Part shown: piece after piece, positions 52,054 to 64,000 of the stretch
Position numbering within the stretch: position 1 is the first letter of the stretch
How the letters are laid out: every line of letters begins with the position of its first letter
Assembly: GCA_973895155.1 (NCBI GenBank)
Contig: OZ316894.1
Location: 10,571,874 to 10,635,873, forward strand
Origin: Marsupella aquatica
Taxonomy: Eukaryota; Plantae; Marchantiophyta
Direction: 5' to 3'
DNA length: 64,000 nt
Translations under genes and position numbers: made by a program
The notes under the pieces: generated by a model
Database searches by the model: none
Seen by the model: only the letters and a program-made list of their open reading frames with translations
Told to the model about the DNA's origin: nothing

Positions 52054-54647
52054 CCCTTCTCTACCCTAAGTGTAATGTGACAGTCAACAAGAAACCCATC
52101 TTTCCAATTTCACAGCTCTATGAATTCTTGATGAAAGTTGATGATATTGGACTCGTTGGAAAGATCTTTCCAAGTCATTTTAAAGGAACCCCAGAACAGC
52201 CAATGCAGTTGCTTATCAAGGGAGAAAATGCAGGTCAAAGTTAGCTGATAAGGGGAAAATGTACAGTGAATGATGGGACATTCTTTGAACATTCATAGTT
52301 CCCTCAATTCTTAATGAAATCTGGCCATATTATGCTCATTACAAAGATATTTCCAGGCTTCCATAGCTCTCTCAATCATTAATGAAATCTGGCTATATAT
52401 TAGACTCATTAGAAAGATATCTCCAAGCTGCTTCTAATTAACCCAAGAACAGCCAACTCAGCTACAGATAAAGGGAGAAATTGGAGGTCAAGTTTCCAGA
52501 TCAAAAGCGTTTGAAGTAGGGAAAGTGTGAGTGTCAGTATAAAGGGTGTCATGGTACGTGGAGAGGATATGGTCCATCCAGGCTTCATATTCCCTACATG
52601 CTGGATGATGGACTTCATGAACAGAATGGTTGTTGGCAAATCATTTAACATCCTAAGCCCATGATTGTGAACCCATGATTGTATGAAACCCATTAACCCA
52701 AGCTCTGGCAAACATCTTTTAAAGTCCACGGTGCCACCCATGAGCTGCTCTTCATTCATTGCCATAATAAGGACCCCACTTTGCAGAATTACGGTCAACA
52801 AGTTATGTCACAATAATAGTACGGAAAATCTTATCGCCAATTTGTACAGGGAAAAGTTTGGATGGTACTACACTTGGTTTATCGTGGATATTCCTGTATG
52901 CTTCCCAAGGGTATCTCATTTATGACCCGTCTTTACTAAAAGACTAAAAGCTAGACTGCAACCCAAGTTGCCTTTGGGGTTTGCATCATTTGCCCTCTGT
53001 TTTTGAGTTTAGTGTTTGTCCTCTGTGTACCTCTTTTTCTTTTATCTCGTTGTATTTTGTTTGACAATTCGTATAAATTGGTCCTTTATCAAAAAATAAA
53101 ATACTTGGGGCAGAAGAAAGAGTGAATGAATGAAGGCAAATTCAATGTTCTTTGTGAGTTTGGTGTTTGTAGTCTCTGGACATCTTTGCTTTAATTTGAG
53201 TGTACTTTCTTTGGACAGTTTTCGGAAATTGGTCCATTTTCAAAATAAAAATAAAAGTGGAAAGATTGGGGCAGGAAAAAGAGTGAATGAATTGCAGCAA
53301 CTCCAAGTCATGGATGACCCAACCGAGCCAAAGGACCAGAGAAATCTCTAAAAGAAATTTTAACTGGCCAGGGTGGCGCTAGCATGTGGCAAGAAGCATA
53401 GGAGCCTTCCTGATGTAAATTTCCTAGATTTATTCCTGTTTATTAGACCTTCCTCCATTTACGGAGAGCCATCAGATTGTGGCTAGAGGACCCGTGGCTA
53501 ATGTCAGAAATCGAAATTTTGATGATAACCCTTGGGCAGGTGTTGTGATCCATCTCAGACCAAGAACCCCCTTGGCGAGTCCTTTTTTCCCAAAACTTGG
53601 ATTTAGGTCAAGGTTGTGGACTTCAATCTCCTGTAACGGGTGACTAAAAAATGGGAAACAGCTGATTTGAGATGCCCTTATAGAAAGGAGAAAGCAAGGA
53701 AAAACTAAGAAGAATCAAAGAGTTAAAATGCCCTATGAAAGTACTTTTTCAAGAGTAACAAATCACCATAGAGAGTTGCATCCCAAAATTGCACATCAAA
53801 AAGCCGCAGCCAAATATGTAGAAGTAACTACACTGAGTGATCTAATGAAATTTGTCCAACCAGTGAGAATGCGGTGCGATTTGCACATAGAAGCAGAATA
53901 CAATGGTATTTAAACTAATAAGACCACCGGGTACAACTGGCAGCAGGGAAGTATGCATGGGCTAATCATTGCTAAATAGCATTAATTAGCCTCGATATTA
54001 CTTTTCATCCTTAATGAGTCCAAAGTAACATTAATTCTTTTTGGTTTTTCAAAAAATATGTTTTCACTTTTGTTTAAAAGGCTAGTTAAATGTATGATCT
54101 TGGATCCTTATGTATTGTTAAATTTTATCATTTTTAAAAACTGTTTCTTCATTCTTGAGTTCATTCTTGAGTTCAAAGTAACACTAATTCGTGTGCAAAA
54201 AATTAATGTTATAACGAAATTAGTGTGAGTGAAGCTAATGCATTAGTAGAGTACAAACATGTACGCTCTCGAATTAGTGTGTTACTAACCCTAATTACAA
54301 CAATTGCAGTGAACACTATAGGTCATTAGGTCAGGTCCATGAGACTCCACGAAGCAAATTTAAGTTTCTGGTGTCCTAAAAAATAATTGACGAATTAATC
54401 CCACGCGTCAGCCATGGGATTAGGGTTTACTACCACTGTAAAGTACAGCGTACCCATCGATTACCAAGGGTACGTGAACCAAAGTGAGTACGTGAACTAA
54501 TTGTCCTGTACCTGGCATCACTAATGTATTCCGTAATATTCACACACTAATATAAGGAACTCTCGACCTAGTTAGAACAAGATTAATGCCGTTGAAACCT
54601 ACAGTAGGTATCTTAGAAAGAAAATCTGTACAAGGTCGCTGTACCTA

Positions 54648-54905
54648 GTGTGTACAGCTTTTACTCACCATACTCGTTCCCCAGAATCATAATTTTGATA
54701 TCCGGTGTGTACAGCTTTTACTCACTATACTCATTCCGAGAAATTACAATATTCATATCTGGTGTGTACAGCTTTTACTCACTATACTCATTCCCAGAAA
54801 TTATGATTTTCATATCTGGTGTTTTCAGCTTTTACTCACTATACTAGTTCCAGGAGATTATAATTTTCATATCTGGTGTGTACAGCTTTTAGCCACCATA
54901 CTCAT
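54648..54905. repeat. Minisatellite, about 57-bp unit x4.5
   Basis: ggtgtgtacagcttttactcactatactcattcc.agaaatta.aattttcatatct repeated in tandem. Confidence 0.9.
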
Positions 54906-56975
54906 TCTCATTATACTCGGGGCAAGAAATTCTCGACTGTAGCATGTACAGCTTTATTCCCTCGACCCAGTCCAGTGATTTCAATAAGTGGCTGAACACT
55001 TTAGTTCGGTCTTGTGATGGGGCCCAAAAATGGTCCCCAAAGGTATTATCAAACTTGTTTGAACTCTAGGCATTGTTACCGTAGCCCATTGTGATCATTG
55101 GTCATGGTTAATTATCTTGTAAAATTATGAAGTCTAGATATTTGTGCAGCATATTGTGATCATAGCTTGACAACCTAGCTTTGGTCATTGGCCTGGTTGT
55201 TTATTTTTGATTAAATGAACTCTAGATATTATATTATGAGAACACAAACTTGTTATTTGTTTTGTGCGTGTGGTCTCTAGATATTAGAGCAGCCGATTGT
55301 GACAACACATCTGGTTTTTAAAAATTTTAAATTTTCTTATGAATCTATAAATAAGAGCAACCTATTATGACCACATAGCCTTGGTCACGAGCATGGTTTG
55401 AGCGAACCTTATTGCAGTCCCTACCTATTGTGACCACCTTTGGTCCCAGGTCTGTTTATTTATTTTTTGAGCGAACCTGATATTGCCTACTGTAATCAGA
55501 GGCACAGAACCGTTGTATGTAGTGGGTACAGATTTGCTCTGTTGACCCATTCCAATCGGAGCCAGTAGCACCGACTCCTTGCCGCCCACACCTATGAGCA
55601 GCTATAATCTTGGCTGGTACATGCGCCCATCCATCCAAAAGTGTAGTTTAAACTTTGATCACAATCAATTCTTTTGGGGAAAACTTGGACTTGCCAGATC
55701 TGGAACATGACAAAAGGAATTTCAGAGGTGCCCCCATGTATGTCGTTAAGTCGAAAGACAGCAGGTGAGGCATGCGTGCGTGTACCTCTCACTCTGAATT
55801 GCCATAATCGTGTTGGATTTCGAAGGGAAAGAAGCATATTGATCATTTTTGAAAATGAAATAGTGGTTCGTTGCAAGTTCGGGACATAGCATGAATACCG
55901 ATTTGACCAACAACTAGTGCACGTGTAGAAGTTGTCATTTCAGACCTCGACTCTCTTCTTCTGTTCGTTCATTCGTTGTGCACCTGATCTGACAAAATAT
56001 AGAAATTCGTGCAGTCCGACTGCACAATTTCCGATATGAGTTATTGAACAATAATTCACCCTTCAGCTCCTGATATGACATCAGAAGTGAGCTCCGGCGT
56101 CATGTCATGCCAACAAGGGGGACAGAAATCTTAAATGCTCATCTCAGCTAGCACGGATTCCCACATCAGTCTGTTCTACTTTGATCCGCCCAGACTCCAA
56201 CACGTGATAAAACAAGAACCCAACGGAAGGAACAAAACGAACCTCGAACCAATTGGGCAATTTGAAGCAGCTGAAAAATCCAAACACATCGGGTGCTAAT
56301 AAAGTTCATGTGACCATAACTTGATTATAAATGAATTTCTCAACGGACTTTTCCGAGTGCAGCATCTCACCTACTTATCAAGGGGACCCAATTGCTGTTC
56401 ACATTCGAAACTTGCCTCCCATTACAGCAAATCTAAATCTACAGTCTTTTACTAATCTCGCCATGGACCTCGTCTATGCTTAGACGTGTCTGCCCATAGG
56501 CAAGAACTTTCAAAGGACCCTATCTGCAGGTTGCAGGTCCAGCCTTTAGCGGCCATTCGGACCCTACATATACTCTGTACAGCATGGACAAAATTACAAC
56601 CATGTCCCCAAACCTGTGCCCGTGTTGGCACGATGAATGTAGCTAGATGAGGTGTCGACATGACTTCGAGAAAGGCATCAACTGCCTAGAAATCGAATGC
56701 CGACCAAGACCTGTCATGAATACTCTAGTGTCTGTCAAGCTTCCGTCTCACAGCCTCACAGGAGGACGCACAGCCGCCTTCATCACCACCACCTCGAACA
56801 TCGATGTGCATGGAAAGCCATCTGATGATATCTGTAATCGTCGTTGTCTTTCTATCATACAAATGGCATGCCTGCACCTTTCAGGTGGAAAGTGCCTGTT
56901 CCGATTGAGCAACATGAGAGAAGTGACAAGACAGAATAATTAAGGGCCCCCCAAGCGACAATGTACTTGACACAT

Positions 56976-59900
56976 CTAGTCACGACTGGGAGGGCTATGG
57001 AGGGCATTGCTACTCTCCAGGTTGCCAGCATAGGACCATAATTTGGCGGTTTCTCTCAAAGGAGACTTTCGTGAGCCCTCATTAGTTGATTTCTCTACGT
57101 CCGTGCCAATGTAATCTGTCAGCGCTCTGCCAAGAGTTGGAACTGTATTTGACCTGTCACCGTTGGTGGAGCGAGGCGAACTGGGAGTGTGGTTAACAGT
57201 TAGTGTTGGTGACCGGCTTGGTGACGAAAATGGCGTCTCATATGGAGTAACAATTGATTTGACTGAGACTGGAGTTGTAGAGGGAGCAGAGGACCTCCGC
57301 TGGTACTGTGGATGGGGGCGACCTGGTGCTAAAGGTGCCAAGGAACGCCGGGCATTGTCGTCAGTGTAAAGAACATCATCGATTCGAGCGATAATGTTGA
57401 AGGCCAAGCTCTCTAGCACGCGCGAGTAACTCTCCAAAATAGATTGTCCCACGTCCTGCAAAATGACAGGTAGAGCGGGAAATCATTAGCCACGGACATT
57501 GCATTGAGATGGGTGAAGGAAAATGCTGAATTTTCTTGTCCTCAGAAAATGAGACGAACTAGATCTAGATCTAGAGAACATCCTTAACGGATTTAATATG
57601 CCAGAGACCACGGCTTGACGGCTTCGAGGAGAGCGTTTCTGACCACATGGAGCGAAGTGTAAGACGTACCTTGTTGTATTGAATCTTGTTCGTATCCAGG
57701 GCACTTTGAGGCAAGCCAGGAAACCTTTGTTTGAGAAGCATGAGGAGACTCTCAGCCCTGTCCGCAAGTAACTCCCGTTTATCTACGTCACCTACAAGGT
57801 CTTTGACCATCCCCCAAGAGGACTTGGCGGTGAACTTATGGTCCTTGGGGTTTAGAATGTGTGGGGCAGCCTTGTTCTTAATTTTCTGCCTCCACACAAG
57901 GATTGCGGTTTCTATTCTATTGGCAATATCTACAGTTGAATGCTCTGTTGACAAATCAACGTAGCTGAGGACCTGCTCAGCTGAGAAATGATCGGAGATC
58001 AGGTTCCGGTAAATGTTGTCTCCAAGACTGGTCTTACCATTCTGCAACACGAAGACAATGCCGGTCAGTACACTTTACCAAGAAACTCTATCCCAAAAGC
58101 CAGTGTGGTTCTTTCCAGAGAACGCATACTCTTAAGGCTGGAGAAATCACGCCCACAAATTCGAGAGAATCAATAGGGCCACCTTCCTACAGTTTAGGCA
58201 CGGATCCAACTCTGGTTAGCAACAAGGCGACACGCACCTTGGGCAGGGACTCCAAGTACACTTCGGGTACTTCCATTTCGGAAAGAACCTGGCCATTGAT
58301 TGCCATGGCCGCCTTGAGAATTTGACTAGTGCACTCGCGCTGGTACTGGAGCCGTTTCCTTGACTCCTCCGATAAACCAGTTATGGGCACTTTCGGAGTG
58401 GGAAGCCACCACTTCTCCTCCTGCCGCTGCACTGGGTGTCTATGGTTTCTGCCTTCTTTGTCAGCCACAGCGATGCCCCGATCAACGTACCAGAAGTCCG
58501 TCTCCGTGAAGCTCTCCAACGAGTCCTATGATGGGTGAGATTACAGCGTCAGCACAATGTACTCTACTTCCGTCCCTCCAAGTGGAATACTCCACAATTC
58601 AAACCACCGGAAAGGCGAAAGAAACGGACTGCTAGTGCTTTTCATCGACTTTCAAGGCAAAAAAACAAAGAACGGATCAGTAGAGCTCAAGTGAAAGGTT
58701 AGCAACTCACAAGAAGCATGGTATCAAGCTTCCGCAGCGCCGGAAGATTAACATGGAGATCAGAGCGAGGTCTGCTCACCATAACCTGCAGCACAAACAG
58801 TAGTGACTTAAGAAAATTGACACGAGACAACGTGCCACACAATTTGACTTGGAACAACTTAATTTCGAGGACGGCGATCGGAAAACAGATAGATAACATG
58901 ACATGACGCTGCAAGGCCAAAAGTCCCCGAGAAACCCACAAACCTCTAGATTAGTGCCGTCAGAAAATGTTTGCCATGAAGGAACCAGCTCGACGATATG
59001 GTCGCTAACAGACAAGAGCCACTCCATTTCTCGCCTCCACATTGTCCTGCGCTCGGGAGCTAACGGTTCCAATCTCCATAGCTCCCCGAAAACTGAAGCT
59101 GTATGAACCAACAAGAACACACGACTCCAGTCAGATGCGATTACGAATGGCCAAGGACGAATGGAGACACGCGCGCAGAGCTGAGGGCAGACGCCTGATA
59201 GAGTCACGTGGAAATGTATCGGGTTCATGATCTAGAAGGATTAGTGCTAGAAAGAGGATGCCCCGAGGCTGCTGTAATGTGAAGGAGGCGTTTCTTGATG
59301 GCATCGGTCGGAGCTGTGGATGCGAGTCCAAATTGACGACAGATAAGATCTGTGTCGCAAATGTACTACAGTGGTATAATTCCGTGTGCTGCATTACATT
59401 TCTTGACCAAAGCTAGAGAACGGAACAAATAGTGCTGCTCACCAGAAAGATTGGTGATTGCATTCGATATAGCCAATGCAGTGCACACTCCTTTCCCGCC
59501 GCCCGACATATCCTCCCCCAAGAGGAGTTTCGCAAACCTCTCCTTCATCATTTCCACCTCTGCACAACACAGTAACGCCATATCAAGAACTCCACCACCT
59601 GCTGCTCTCTGGAAATGTGCAGTGCTCTGCACTAGACAAGATGATATTAACGATAAATCAATGAGCGAACACCACCGTGGCACTACTGTACTCGCCGTCT
59701 GTGCGCATTTACTACAGAGGTGCAATTAGCTGCTAAGGTCCGCCAGACGAACTGCTCGTACCTGAGAGATCCGTCTCCCGCTTCTCCCTCTTCTCTTCCC
59801 ACATGAAGGTATCTCTGTCGCTGTTGTTCAACTTGGAGTTTGCAGGCGAAGTTTCCGTGCTTGGCCTTTCTCTTCTGCCTAAGGGCCACCCTAAGGGCGA

Positions 59901-60952
59901 CGAGCCGTCTGAACTAGATGATCCATCTTCTCCCTGAGCACGCCCCAGTGTATCGCCAGTGCTGTAGCTCAACTCTCCATCTCCTATCACCTCGGAACTC
60001 AACCCATCGACACTGAAACTAGAACTGGCACCATCCACGCTACGCTGCTCCAACCGATCGTCCGACGGCACCACACCACCACTCCTCCCAACTCCGGCGT
60101 CCGAGAACGGGTGCGCAAGCAAACCTTTCATCCGAGCCATCAGATCTGCACGTCGCCATGTATAATACACAGACAGACACAAGGTAAACAGGGTCAGACA
60201 CATGTCCTGTAGACGCCCGCGACTCCCCTCGCCCGCAACCAGCACCCGCAATCTGGGCTGCTCTCGGCAAAAGAACCATCGAGCAGCGACCAAGCTCAAC
60301 GAGCGAACGCAACAGGGGTCACAAAAACTGACTCTAGCCAATTTCACACGGTAATGTGCTCTTCCTTCCGTCCTTCCTTCTCCTTCGTACAACCTACATT
60401 ATACACTCACTCCCTAGTTCAGATTGCGGAAAACGGTCACCAAACTCGGCATGCCAACGACTGGGAACAAAGGACACAGGGGGAGAGAAGAGAAGAGAAA
60501 GGGCATTTTGCAGAGGACGAGGAACCGTAGCACGGTAGAGACGAGAATGGACGGAATGTCAGCAGCAAGCCAGCCAGCCAGATTGAGAGAAAACGCAATG
60601 CGATGCGGAAGCCACAAAATGTAGCGCAGCAGCAACTCACAACATGATCGTCACACTCCACACGTTGGTCTTGTAACGTATAGAAAAAAGACGGGGAGTT
60701 GGGCGAGGACCCTGATGATTGGAAATGTCCCGTCACAGGCGCGTGACCTCGGTATCGGTCTGCTTTTCGCTTAATCAAAGACCCTAAGCTGGAATAATGT
60801 CAAACTCCCTACCCGAACTAGCAGAATCAACACACCCCGAGGACATAGTGGGCCACCTCTCATCATCAGTTGTTCAACCTTTTCATGAATGGGCTCCATT
60901 GTCTGTCCATAGGTAGCAACTTTACCTTCTTCGGCCGAGAAGCCTTGATCCA
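56976..60952 (-). CDS. ROPGEF: Rop guanine nucleotide exchange factor (PRONE domain)
   Basis: [160 protein letters not shown]|[29 protein letters not shown]. The start is uncertain: ATG 60952 (joined in phase to the exon at 60145) or ATG 60140. Confidence 0.95.
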
Positions 60953-62769
60953 TAGCAGAGTCGAGGAAAGTCTCAAAAGTGAGCCTATCTTCTCTCCTCC
61001 TTGTCGGTATGCATTCGCTCCCCCGCCATTCTGATGCGGGGTCGCTGCTCTCCAACTCGCTGCTCTCCCACTGGAGAACGTCAATACCTAGTTCAGCTAT
61101 TTTGAAGGGTGACGTTAAACCCCGGTGCACAAATGACGTGGGCGGGGCGGGGCCCCGCTTCCTTCAACCTGTCTCGCCTTCGAAGCCCGAATTTCGTCCT
61201 TCCTGTCTAGTCCAAACTTGACTTCTCACTCGGGGCCTTCTTCCTTCCTTAACCGCTAGAATGTCCCGTAAAAGTCCACTCCAACCACTGAAAGGAATCG
61301 GTCAATCTCCTACGACACTTGCTGTATGTATACATTTCCATAGTGTAGCCCAAGCCATTTTTTTCTGGGGGTGCCCGAAGCTACAAAAGATCTCGCGAAT
61401 CAATCGGTTGTTCCACTTCCACTTCCGCTGCTGTGATGACGCTTCTCCAACAAAAAACTAAAGCTGTCTTCGTCGATACTTCCTTTCTCTCGACGCCCAC
61501 CACCTGTGCTGAGCTGAGCTGCTCCTCAGTCCAAAACACTTAACTAATCCTCTCCGTGCATCGACTCCTGCTTCTGTTCTGGAAACTGTTCCAAACGGTC
61601 CTCTGCTTGTTTGGTCGCTTCAATCGATCGGTCGGGTCGCCGATCCCCTCGCCTCGATGTCTACTGGCAACTACAAGTCATCACCTCCCTCCTCGAGAAA
61701 TGTCGAACCCGGCGAGATCTTCGCATTCCCATCGTAACTAATCCTCTGTCAACAACCAGCCTAGTGCCAACCGTTCGTCCTATTCACTCCTCGTAGTCCA
61801 ACGACTAAGGGAATGGGACTCTGCAGTCTGCTCGCTTAGTCGTTTGATTGTTGTGTGCTTGTGGAAACTCCCGCCACCACCACCTTGTCCCTCCCCCGTC
61901 GGCTACCCCTTCCCCCTAGATCCCCACATCTCGCTCTCCGTGCGCCAGTGCTGCATTCATGACATTACCTCCTGTTGCGCCCCGCCCCTTTCGTGCCTCG
62001 AAATGCCTGCTGTCCCTGCCGAAGTGCTCGCGACCAAGTCGAACGGATTGTATTCGCTCTCACAAATGCTCGTCGCTCGGAGCCACTGTTCTTTATCAAT
62101 CAGTACATCCTTCCTCCTTCTGCCATGCTCTGCCTGCTCTGCTCGCCCGCCAGCTTCCAGAGTCCTGTCGATCAATCAATCAATCAATCCATTGTTGCCG
62201 TAGCCACTATATCATTCTGCACACGATGAATGCACGCTGTGAAGCAGTGAGGCTGCTCCAACTCGACTCACCCGAGCTCCCAATCAGTGAGTCACGCATG
62301 TGTTCGACAAGCACGCGTGCGGCAGAGAATTCTCACTCATCACTCAGACACTCATCTTCTTTTCTCCTTCCTTTCCTTGCCTTTCCTCTCCACCGAGCTA
62401 CAGTAAGTTGTCGTCGTCGTCTTCGTCGTAGGATTAGCTTCCGGATTCGTCGTCGTTCCCTCGCAATAGCTCCGCATGCGAAGTGCTCTGAAATCGCAAC
62501 TTGGACATCAGCGCGCAGTGTTTCTCGACGACATCGTCGGCAGTGTCCACGCTTCCCTGTCTCTCCGCCCCCCCGTCCATGGGACCGGCATTTATTTTCT
62601 CGTCCTCCCTTCCCTTCGCGTCGCGTCCATGCCCCCCACCGTCCCTCTCCCCCCCCCCCCCCCGCCCTCGTTTCACTCCTCGTTCCACGCACCGATTTCA
62701 CTCACACCCAGTGTGTGGATTCCATTCCATTTTAGGTACTGTACCTTATTACTTCGGTACAAACAGTTA

Positions 62770-63745
62770 AAAGGGTATCAAATTGGCCTTTGCTGGGTAA
62801 CGGTTTCAATCCGGTGAAAGGTAACCAAAACGCTAGGGGTGTATAAGGAATTGGGTGAAAGGTAACCAAAACGCTACGGGTATATGTTAAAGAATGGGGC
62901 TGAAAGGTAACCAAAACGCTACGGGTATATGTTAAAGAATGGGGTAAAGGTAACCAAAACGCTAGGGGCACATGTAAAAGAATGGGGTGAAATGAAAGGT
63001 GATACATGTTGTTAAGCGAAAACAATGAGTGACTCTAAATTCTCACATCGACACAAATTTACTTTGCACTCTAGGTAACACATTACTTTGGTTCAGTGGG
63101 GGTATCGAAATTGGCTTCTGCTGGGGAATGGTTTGGTAACCAAAACGTTAATGGTTTATATAAAAGACTGGGCTGAAAGGTAACCAAAACGTTAGGGGGC
63201 ATGTGTTAGAGAATGGGGTGAAATGAAAGGCGATACATGTTGTTGAGCTCAAAAAATGAGTGACTGTGAATTCTCACATGAACAAACTTTGACTTTCCAC
63301 TTTGGGTACTTTATTATTCTTTTAGTTCCGTTGCGGGTATCAAAATTGGCTTTTGCTGGGTAACGGTTTGGTAACCAAAACGTTTTGGGTATATATTAAA
63401 GCGTCGGGTGAAATGAAAAGTGATCCATATTGTTAAGCTAAAAAAATGACTTACTATGAACTCTCACTTGTACACTTATTGACTTTCCACTTTAGGTATT
63501 TTCTTACTTTGGTTCGGTTGTGGGAATAATAATTGGCTATTTATGGGTAACGGTTTGGTGACCAAAACATTAATGGTATATGCTAAAGAATGGGGTGAAA
63601 AATACTCAAACTGCGTTATGTTAAAGACTTAAAGGTGACTAGGGGTGTATGCTACACAATGGGGTGAAATGAAAGGTGGTCCACTTTGTTAAGCTCAAAA
63701 TGAGTGACTGCAAATTCTCACATGACACAAATTGACTTGTGAAAC
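62770..63745. repeat. Hierarchical tandem repeat: about 230-330-bp units containing 42-bp subrepeats
   Basis: Recurrent gaatggggtgaaa(tgaaa)ggtaaccaaaacg and aaaatgagtgact..gaattctcacat, about 4 higher-order copies. Confidence 0.85.
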
Positions 63746-64000
63746 GCTGCATGGGGTAGTGTTGTGAACCCAAAGTGGTCTCATTCTTGAACTCGTCTCG
63801 TTCTCCTCCAGCAGAACGGCTGGTGACTTAGAAGGAGCATCCTGGAGCACATCTTGAAGCCTTTCTGGCAGTTTCAGCCCATACTTAAATCCTGAGTAAT
63901 TCAACTGAGAGACATCAACTCACCTTAGATCAGTGTGACAACCCACTCACCCCAATTTGGCTACATTACACACTAATCTATTGTCAAAATTGTTTCTGTG

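Noticed and set aside
50896-52069. Two ORFs with near-identical peptide (WFLGRPCKVDRTVQLCSLLG...) on opposite strands
   Set aside because: They are translations of the two MULE TIRs, not genes
54176-54290. Short imperfect inverted repeat gtaacactaattcg / cgaattagtgtgttac
   Set aside because: About 14 bp in AT-rich DNA; insufficient for a MITE or miRNA call
61959-62735. 258-aa plus-strand ORF
   Set aside because: Ser/Arg/Pro-rich with no domain; antisense to the GC-rich RopGEF leader region

Overview
Eukaryotic, intron-rich land-plant DNA. An IFT57 gene points to a lineage with flagellated sperm, such as a bryophyte, lycophyte or fern. Six protein-coding genes are supportable: a trihelix (Myb/SANT-like, ASR3/SH4-type) factor (+), an intronless PAT1 mRNA-decay factor (+), a 9-exon CELF/Bruno-like RRM protein (-), a secreted LIP1-type triacylglycerol lipase (-), an IFT57 gene made of many short exons that the ORF track largely misses (+), and a PRONE-domain RopGEF (-). 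Intergenic DNA holds an intact non-autonomous Mutator-like element (about 340-bp TIRs, perfect 10-bp TSD), probable solo LTRs, decayed MULE and hAT transposase remnants, many minisatellites, and an unusual 1.1-kb telomere-variant G/C-skewed tract. I found no convincing previously undescribed system. The best leads are the G/C tract, the intronless PAT1, the duplicated catalytic exon of the lipase and the MULE. All calls come from reading the sequence by eye; no database search was run.
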